Assembly: GCA_002633005.1 (NCBI GenBank)
Contig: NMRA01000151.1
Location: forward strand, 62,001-126,000
Source: Phoronis australis
Taxonomy: Eukaryota > Animalia > Phoronida
DNA: 64,000 nt
Direction of reading: 5' to 3'
Shown here: positions 55,137 to 64,000 of the stretch, piece after piece
Position numbering within the stretch: position 1 is the stretch's first letter
Layout of the letters: each line of letters starts with the position of its first letter
Made by a program: the position numbers and the translations under genes
The notes under the pieces: generated by a model
What the model was told of the DNA's origin: nothing
Databases searched by the model: none
The model's input: the letters and a program-made list of their open reading frames with translations, nothing else

Positions 55137-55744
55137 TACATGCCTTAACCATGTTTACTATTTCAACAATCACAGGCAATGTCAACGGAATTTACGGTGC
55201 TTAATTAACTTACTTATCACCAAAACATTTAAAGTTTGAAGTGGGGCTTCCTGAACCTTGCGTTATCTAGGTTAGAATGCGGAGACAACAGTAAGTAGGC
55301 CAAAAGTTCATTGCATTCACACCATGCACCGAGGAGAATGATATCAAGAAACCAAGTACGAAATAGACAACAGAAATCAAGTCGGTAATTAAAGCGTGCT
55401 GTGAGTATCAGATCGAAATGGCAAAATGTATATATTTCATATTTTAATTTTCCCCGAGAATGAAGATCAGGTATTTTTGCTAGACAGTCACATATGTGAA
55501 ATATTGTAAAAACGGCCAACTTTTATGGATAAGATTTGAGATATCCTTATGGAAATGTTGTTTTATGACATCAACGCACTACAAACCACGCTTAAAATAG
55601 ACTAAAATGTCCTTAAACTTTATTTTTGTGCAGAAAAATAGCATTTCACTTGTGGGCTATATGGTGTGCTAAATAAGTGAAGAATTACTGTAATTTGCTG
55701 TGGACTATTTCGTGGGTATATAGTCAACTTCAAAGGTCACTCAC

Positions 55745-55791
55745 CTTGTAGGCAGGTAGAGGCCAGTCTCAAAGCTGCCAAAAATTTTCAC
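55745..55791 (-). CDS. TENT4B: TENT4/PAPD5 exon (GS motif)
   Basis: VKIFGSFETGLYLPT; 47 nt. Confidence 0.93.
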
Positions 55792-56050
55792 CTGAAGAAG
55801 ACAAAAAGGTATGGTTTTGCCAAAATACAAATATTAATAGTAGTAGAAGCAGTAGTAGCAGCAGTAGTAGTGACGAAAATAAACCATAGGTGGCAGTCTT
55901 TCCAAAACGTTTCCACTAAAAAGCAATCGTTCGTATGAAATTAAACGTATCTGAAATTCTCACTATTTTACTGCATACACAGCTCATATTATTAAAAAAC
56001 AGCATATTTTGGGAAATAAGGTTACACGCACAAGAAACAGATTTTAAACA

Positions 56051-56540
56051 CAGGGCTTGGAATGACCAATGACAAAAAACGCGGAAACTTTGAAATTTTA
56101 CGGCTCAAATCATGCCCGATAACCAGCCTTGAAATGGTCAATGTGAGCCTTTCCCCGACAAAAATCGGGAGGACTAAAAAAAAAATGTTACCACCATCAT
56201 ACCACCATCAGTAGCATACGTCTGCGTCCTTTTAGCTTGCCCGTCCACTCCCGACCCACACATTTTTGGCTGCAGAGCGGTAGTATTTGTCGCCGCGCTT
56301 AACAATAACACGACACGCCATTGAAAATCCCACCACGCTGTCCCAGATGCCCCGGCAATGTTGACAATTCACGTTCCTCCGAAACATAAAGAGCAACTTC
56401 CGCTTTTCGAGGTGAACGTCGTCTGCAAAGCCGCGGTAAGAAAGGAATTTGCCGTGGAAATTTTATATCAAATCCGAATTTTTTACGCGGAAATATTATT
56501 AAAAAAGCGGAAAGCACATTTGAAAAAAGCGGAAGCCCTG
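56051..56540 (+). mobile_element. hAT-like MITE copy, TSD TAAACA
   Basis: Same family as 48044-48546, with a small deletion near the right TIR. Confidence 0.85.
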
Positions 56541-56631
56541 TAAACAGTCAAGTTCTGAGCTACCAACCAAGTAAGCAAATAATCTGTAACCTTCATGTTA
56601 AAAATCTGTAGGCCTAGAAAAAATGATTGAC

Positions 56632-57032
56632 ATCTACTACAATGAGAGGATTGACAAAATCAATAATCTTATAAAAATTTGGTCTAGAAGAAAAATCTCT
56701 TTCTTGGGAAAGTTACGATGGTAAAGACCTTGATGATGCCAAAAGTTATTCACATAACTACAACCCCGCCTACTCCATCAGACATTATGAATGAACTGAA
56801 CGCAAACATTTTTAAGCTTATTTGGAACAACAAAGTTGTGATAAGTTATGAGGAAGGGGGAGTGAAAATGATGAATATAATCATTTTTAACAGGGCTATA
56901 AAAATTTCATGGATAAAAAGACTACTTACCTCTGAATCAAAATGGGTGAAATCATTTGAACTTGAAACGGGGATTTCAAAGTCAAATATTATACATTTTG
57001 GAAATGATCATATTAAAAATCATACTGCAGTA
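56632..57032 (+). mobile_element. Tx1/L1-clade LINE ORF2 fragment (post-RT region)
   Basis: W-SRRKISFLGKVTMVKTL...FKLIWN...EGGVKMMN...NRAIKISWIKRLL; it runs into the N gap. Confidence 0.7.
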
Positions 57033-57205
57033 NNNNNNNNNNNNNNNNNNNNNNNNNNNNNNNNNNNNNNNNNNNNNNNNNNNNNNNNNNNNNNNNNNNN
57101 NNNNNNNNNNNNNNNNNNNNNNNNNNNNNNNNNNNNNNNNNNNNNNNNNNNNNNNNNNNNNNNNNNNNNNNNNNNNNNNNNNNNNNNNNNNNNNNNNNNN
57201 NNNNN
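57033..57205. other. Assembly gap followed by a (TG)n microsatellite
   Basis: N run, then TGTGTG... at 57206-57220. Confidence 0.98.
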
Positions 57206-57294
57206 TGTGTGTGTGTGTGTTAATAGTGAGAACGCTTGCATTTTTTTATCTTTCATGTCTTTGTATTTACGTTCTTTATACCTTTATACCACTG

Positions 57295-58326
57295 AAAACA
57301 AGAGCAACGCGGAGCGTTGAAATGCGCTCACGAATGCACTGCTAACGGTGTGCTTCTAGGGGTGTTTATTTGGAATATAAAAATGGCAATTAGATGGCGC
57401 AAAATATGTCAAATCCACCCGAGAACTTGTATCTGCCATTAAAACTATTTACCAAATTTCATAACATTCCATCAAGGAACTTTTGAGAAAACAGGAAAAC
57501 GAAAAAATGAAATTGCTACTAAACGGCTATAAGCGCAAAAAACATAACTGCCACTAAGAGGTGCCAAAGTAGAGGTGCCAAAGTAGATAAAGTCATCAGA
57601 AAATCATCGTCAGACTTCCTCTTCACATTAGGAACATAAATCGCAATTTTCACAACCATCCTTAGAGTGGTTTGGTTGACAGAGGGAGACGCCACATAAC
57701 AAGACTCGAAAGTCGTCACGTTCTGTAACTTCTGTTGTCAACTTCACATAAATACACCAGCAAAATTCAATAAAGATACTGTAGAGCATTTAGGAGATAC
57801 AGCCATGGGTGCAAAAACAAACAAAACTACCACTAGGAGGCGCCATAGTAGTCCAAGTCATGGGAAAATTATCATCAGCCACCCTCTTCACAGTAAGAAC
57901 ATGTATGCCAATTTTCAAAATCATCACTAAAGCGGTTTGGTTGATAGAACGACGCACGCCAAAAAACAGACTCGAAAACAGTAAAAATGACCACCAGGTG
58001 GCACAAAGTACCTCAAGCCTGTCTGAAAACGGTAGGATGGCATCATATCAATAATAGATGCCTAACTGCCAAATTTTATGAAAATCCGTTGAGGACCTCC
58101 GAAGATACAGAGGTAAGCGTAAAAAAATAAAATTGCCACTAGGGGACACATCAGTAGTCAGAGAGGTCTGAAATTCGTCGTTGTCCGTCGTCAGCTTCAT
58201 AGGAACACATCAGCCAAATCTCATCAAGATCCTGTGAGGGTTTAGAAGATACAGCTGCGGAGGCCGGATGCCCAGACAGAGATGACAGCAATACGCAACC
58301 ACATATAAATATGTGAGTGCATAAAA
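57295..58326 (+). mobile_element. Near-complete HINE-like (Helentron-associated) element
   Basis: It runs from 5' AAAACAAGAGCAACGCGGAGCGTTGAAATGCGC through internal CTCF-motif units and a GGAC/AGAC-type short repeat to a 3' hairpin CCACATATAAATATGTG, in A-rich flanks. Family subTIRs TGCGCCCAC/GTGGGCGCA are seen best at ~62870 and ~60196. Other copies or fragments lie near 5230-5360, 8770-9080, 10230-11020, 12560-12845, 15170-16430, 19690-19990, 21160-21420, 59860-60210 and 62843-63250. Confidence 0.7.
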
Positions 58327-60239
58327 ATCTTTAAAAAAATCTGTAGGCCTACATTTTCAGAAAGTTTAAAGGGTAATCAAAATAAGGTGATGGAAGACTA
58401 TTACTGCCTATTTTCACCATAAATGTCACACTGATGATTGGCACATGCTGGCAGCCATGTTCTATGGGAGAATACCTACCTCCCTGCCTTTTGACATCAG
58501 GGGGGCTTCATACGGAATCCCCACCTTCAGCAAGTGTTAATCTTGCAAATTTGGGCTCCCACTTTTCAACACCTATATGAGTCACTGCCTAAAAGTTTCA
58601 TTGTTTTGGGAAAACTAATAGTGATGATTGTTTCAGAACAGCATTAATTTTTTTTTAATATTTCTTGCAAATTGGACAAGACTATCAATACTTTTCCAGT
58701 TTGAACGAATGTCAACATATGAATACCAGCATTAAAACGGATGAATTGAAATGGCAGCCTGGTCAGCTGTTACAGACCTGAAGCCAGTAAGTTGAAAACA
58801 ACAACACACCCACACATGTGTGGCAGACAAACCAAGGAAAAAGTACAGAGAACAAGGTGGCACAGCTGTGACCATCAGACATAGAGGGACAGCTGATGTG
58901 TCAACCCTGAATGACCTCTTCAATTACGGAAATTCTTGACCAGGCATGATAGTTAGATGTTCTTTTTTGGGGTGGTGGTGTTCCTGTGCGCTAGTGGTGA
59001 TTTCTGCACAGTGTCCACAGAACCAATCGGACAGGAAAACCTGCTTATTGCAAGAAGACAATACTTGGCCAATCTATTCTTCAGTAGGGACAAGTTCAAT
59101 AGATAGACGGATGATGAGGTTACGCAGGACTCTTGAAAAATGACCAAATTTGGACATCATATCTCAGAAATGAAACTTTAACATACTATGGTTTATGCCC
59201 TGTTCTCAAAAAACACTTGCTAAATTCGAAAGAAGTTGCATCAATAGAAAATGAAATATTTCAGAAAAGCGAAGCAGTGTTTTTGAGATTTCATCTTTAA
59301 CATTTACAGAGCTGCCAATCCATTAAGGACATAATCTGTAACCTTCATGTTAAAAATCCGTATTTTACAAGTGAAAACTTGTATAATTTCAAATATTTTC
59401 AGAATATTCAAATTTTAATCGCAAGATAAATTGACATACACCAAAACCACAATTTTCAATTGAAAATGGTGTTTAACTAAAAAGCAACATTGAGGCTACG
59501 TTATAACTCAATTCATCAAATTGATGTTTTTGGCTATTGCTGATGGCAGGGTTGATTTCTTTACACTTTACCATGTCCTCACAAATACAGATATCTCACA
59601 ATTCCTGATCCATAAGGGTATTGTAGGCGTCAGGGTTCTCAGTGTCGAAGACAGCGTGATTCAACGTGGTTAATTCCATTTCCGTTTTCCAAATGTCATC
59701 AAATTCATGAGTATACTTGTTTCGCTCTATACACCTTAACACGATTTCAAAGTATATGATATCCCAGAATACAAAACCAGGTAAACGCATTTTCACAGGC
59801 CAGTAGTTCACAAAAAATCCAACTGACCAATCACAAAAAGGGAGATGCCAAAAAAAGACTGAAAAATAGCCACTAGGTGGCGCAAACTACATCGAATCCA
59901 TCTGAAAACTAAAGGATAGTGCATCATCTTACTAACAGATGCCTATACGCCAAATTTTATGAAAATCCATTGAGGACTTTTGAAGATACAGAGGTAAACG
60001 TAAAAAATTTAAAAACTGCCGCTAGGGGCACACTGGTAGTCAGATCCGTGCGAAAGTTCGCTCATGCCATCACATCCATTAAATAAACACATGGGCAAAA
60101 TTTCATGAATATATGTCAAAGGCTTTTGGAGATAGTGCAGCAGACGCCGGACGAACGGACGGAGATGACAGCATAATGCATCCACATATAAATATGTGGG
60201 CGCACCAAAATGCGGCGAGTAGTATGCAAAAAAAATTTA

Positions 60240-60449
<210 letters not shown>

Positions 60450-61195
60450 CTACATACTTCCAAGTTATGAGAAAACCAATCATTATCTTTAAACCAGATA
60501 TATGTTGCATAAAACAACAAACAAGCTATCAGTTCCTACAGATTTTTTTATGCAAACATTTATTTGGGTTTTTGTTACTTGTCTCTCTGACACTGAGTTT
60601 TTTTGTTTGTTCACACGATACAGGTCGCAATTTTCATCTGATCTGCATGAAATTTACACACAATCTGCTGTTTTTCGTCATGATTGGATTCAAGATAGTG
60701 GACGTGGTTGTCATTTCATTTTCAAATTCAGATCTAAATGCTCATATAAGCCGCAATTTTTAAAATACACAGCTGAAAATCGTAATGATAACTGTAGTAG
60801 ATGTTTACTACAGATGTGGCAAAATCATTCACTTCTGGACAAAGATGGTGGAAATATATCGGCCATTGAGCATGGGCACTTCCATTTGTCCTGTATAGGG
60901 CGCATTGTTGGACCAATTGCATCAAAATTTTTCATGTGTTAGCTATTAATGAGTGGTGCTTAAGGATATCTCAAATCTTATTCATAAAAATTTGCCATTT
61001 TTACAATATTTCATGTGTCTAGCAAAATACCTTATCTTCATTCTCGGGGAACTTCAAATACAAAATACCGTACATTGTAGCAAGAAAAGAAGATTTAGCA
61101 TAACTACCTTGGATATTTTTTTACTACTTATCCGAGGTCAAAGGTTACAGGGCTGTCACTCAAATCGAATCTCCTGCCAAGTACATAGCATATAT

Positions 61196-61682
61196 CAGGG
61201 CTTGGAATGACCAATGACAAAAAACGCGGAAACATTTACGGCCCAAATCATGTGCGCTACCCAGCCTTGAAACGGTCGATGTGAACCTTTCCCCGACCAA
61301 AATCGGGAAGACTGAAAAAAAAAACGTTACCAGTAGCATGCCTCTGCGTCCTTTTAGCTCGTCCTTCCACTCCCAACCCACACATTTTTGGCTGCAGAGC
61401 CGTAGTATTTGTCGCCGCGGTTTACAATAACATGAGACACCATTGAAAATCCCACCACGCTATCCCAGATGCCCCGGCAATGTTGACAATTTACGTTCCT
61501 CCGAAACATAAAGAGCAACTTCCGCTTTTCGAGGTGAACGTCGTCTGCAACGTCGCGGTAAGAAAGGAATTTGCCGCGGAAATTTTATATCAAATCCCGA
61601 TTTTTTTACGCGGAAATATTGCGCGGACAGAACATTTGAAAAAAGCGGAAATCCGCGCTTCCGCGGAAAATTCCAAGCCCTG
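61196..61682 (+). mobile_element. hAT-like MITE copy, TSD ATATAT, inserted in a TTAA-MITE
   Basis: CAGGGCTTGGAAT...ATTCCAAGCCCTG. The host sequence matches the uninterrupted 47171-47877 copy on both sides. Confidence 0.85.
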
Positions 61683-63609
61683 ATATATACCCTCATTCAC
61701 AGAGTCGCCATAATATTGAGTCAAGGAAGTGTCCTTATGATAGAACGGTGTTGGGGAAAATAAAGACAAAACGTAAATTTGATCCTGAGAGAGTTTTGCG
61801 TCTACATGCATACGACCGTCAGTGTTCTCCGCGACCGCTCTTAACATGTTGCAGCATCCTGTTTGGCTGAACGCACATCCTCTTTAAATGTCCGGCGTCC
61901 TGTTTAACAATCCTACGACCGGTTTAAAAAATTAGAGACCAGTTTGTAAAAAGGGCTTTGCCATTGTTAATGAGGTCTTCATTGCCTCAAATTACGTTTG
62001 ACGGCAACTGCCTACATCACATTGAAACTGAATAAACGCTTAGTGGTCACTGGTCAGTTGTCGAAAGCCTACCATGGATCTCACTCAAGCAGCAGCTGGT
62101 CTGGGCCACTAGTATAGTTATGGTGTAACACTGCTTGTCCCCTTGTAAATAATCGCTCAATCATCTTTTCAATTCAGCTGTAAGAACTAGTCATAGCCAG
62201 TTGACCTTAAACAAAGGCCCAGTGCCACCTACAAGCCTAATCCACTACCTGCTTACTAGAGTTAAGCTCCAGCAGGAAAGCCATTTATCCTTAGTTAAGC
62301 CAAATCGCTTTTGTAGTCACCTTTTGTGTTCAGTGGACAAATTATCATATAACCCACTGAAAATAATTATGGCTCAGTGGTTAGTTCTGCACAGTCTAAC
62401 CAGTCAGTAAAGGCACCATTGCCCAGGAGTTTATACAATGGCCGCCTTTTGGGTGGCCAGCATTTTATTTCGTAGCACATGTTTTAAAATTACGTGGGCC
62501 CCACAACACTGGTCTGACTCACTGACACCCAGTCTCAACAGACCTTTGCATGGAAACGCTTTTCATGACTCTTACTGGTTGTTGTTTGGCATTTCTCACG
62601 TAGAAGAATATTATTGGTTACTTTGGTGCAACCGGCCCAACGAGATTGACTGAGCTCATCTTAATTGCCTTATAAAGAGTTTCATTGGCAGCTTGAGCAT
62701 TATATCTGTGGCGCATACTCCCTCTGAAAACCTGCCAAGCCATTCGCAACTCACTTGTTGCAGAGGTCGTGTGCGATGTTTGCAGTTTCGGGGGAGTAAT
62801 TCCGAGATTTGGGACAGCTAGTGATGTCACTTCATAAAGTTCAACAAGAGCAACGCGGAGCGTTGAAATGCGCCCACGAATGTATCGCAAATGGTGTGCT
62901 TTTAGGGTTATTTATTTGAATCATAAAAATGGCCACTAGATGGCGCAAAAATGTACAATCCATCCAAAAATGGGAATATGTCATATTTCATAAAAATCTG
63001 TCAAAGAACTTCAGAGAAACAAAGGAAAACAGAACAAAATGAAATTGCCACTTGTGGGCACAGCATCCGTTCCATCTGCCTAAAAGTCGTCGTCTGTTAT
63101 GTTCGTATAAATTGACTTACTAAATTTAATAAAGATCCTGCGGTGGGTTTTGAAGATATAGCTATGGGCGCAAAACAAAACTACCACTAGGTGGCGCCAC
63201 AGTAGTCAGTCACCATCATCAAACGTCCTTTTCACACTGAAAACATATATGCCTAGCGATTGTCGATAAGGCAACTTGAATTCTTCAGTAAAAACAGTTT
63301 CAACTCAACAAATAACCTGAAATCCTACTTAAGTTTTCCAAATAGCGTCCCTAAGATTTTTAAGTTCCTCTGGAGTCGGGATTAACTGCAGACTAAGTCC
63401 AAATCTGCGCTAGACTGCAACTTGCAACACAAGAAAAATCTGGACCAACACACATTGTTGTCACGTGACATTTGTTTTGAAGTATGTCTGTGTGTGTGTC
63501 GAGTCAGCAAGCGCGTGTCATCAGAGTTCATTTGCCAGAGTAGCAGGCCTACATATATGTAGTGGGCGTTTCCTGGCCACGTGCTTTAAACACTTGTCAA
63601 GTCTTTTAT

Positions 63610-63903
63610 TAGTCTTCAATTTGCGGTTTTCATGTGTCCAAAGAAATCAGAATTCCTGTTGAGGAAGAAGATCTACAATACAATCCCGTTGACAAGTGCG
63701 CTGCGTCTGTTCTTAAAGGCCAGACCATAGTGGGACACCTTCCTCGCAAGATCCGCAAAACTTTTGTGTTCTTTTTGAAGCACTGCAGAAGTTTGAAGTG
63801 TATAGTCACAGCTAAATACAGACATAGTGGCGAGGCTCGTGGTCTAGAAATTCTGCGTACAATGACTTTTTCAGGACTGTTGGAATATGACAAATCCGTA
63901 TAA
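63610..63903 (+). pseudogene. Degraded HIRAN-like domain ORF, probably transposon-associated
   Basis: GFHVSKEIRIP...NPVDKCAASV...IVGHLPRKI...FFLK...CIVTA...GLEI...TFSG fits the HIRAN-like pattern (GFHVY, NP.D..A, VGH.P, GLEIP). It is intronless and antisense within a TENT4 intron. Confidence 0.6.
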
Positions 63904-64000
63904 AACTTTCAACCACAAGACTCAACTTTTGTAAGCAGACGCTTGCGCCATGTAAAGTAATTCAGTTATTTTTTGTTAATATAAACATAGCAATTGTAAA

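Larger units (their letters stand above)
53368..55546. mobile_element. TTAA-MITE (family of 47171-47877) carrying the mariner insertion
   Basis: TTAA|GGTTATCTCAAACCTTAT at 53368 and ATAAGATTTGAGATATCC|TTAT at 55546. Confidence 0.6.

Noticed and set aside
59596-59811. 71-aa minus-strand ORF as a gene
   Set aside because: At most it is a decayed LINE 3' remnant; support is too weak to call.

Overview
AT-rich, intron- and repeat-rich animal (probably invertebrate bilaterian) genomic DNA from a draft assembly, with one N gap and single-n junctions. Four spliced host genes can be reconstructed by eye. TAF4 (minus strand, first two coding exons, runs off the left edge) lies head-to-head with LSM14/RAP55 (plus strand, 9 coding exons, 3041-18149). 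An ARL14EP-like gene (minus strand, 3 exons, 21609-28047) follows. TENT4/PAPD5 (minus strand, 10 exons plus an alternative last exon, 35439-60387) has its first exon beyond the right edge. Introns and intergenic DNA hold many, often nested, DNA transposons. These are an internally deleted Kolobok (TTAA TSD, 158-bp TIRs, convergent THAP-transposase and KolX/P2X7-ballast-like genes), a dead DD34D mariner, an IS3EU-like element, hAT-like MITEs with 6-bp TSDs, TWA-TSD MITEs, and a CAC..GTG element carrying 11 regularly spaced GGGTACGTACACTACA motifs. There are also Penelope and Tx1-like fragments and a tRNA-type SINE. The most striking unexplained structure is a Helentron/HINE-like repeat family whose ~147-bp diverged internal units each carry a co-oriented CTCF-consensus-like motif, with about 30 in a row at 41-46 kb. 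All assignments are by eye; no database searches were run.
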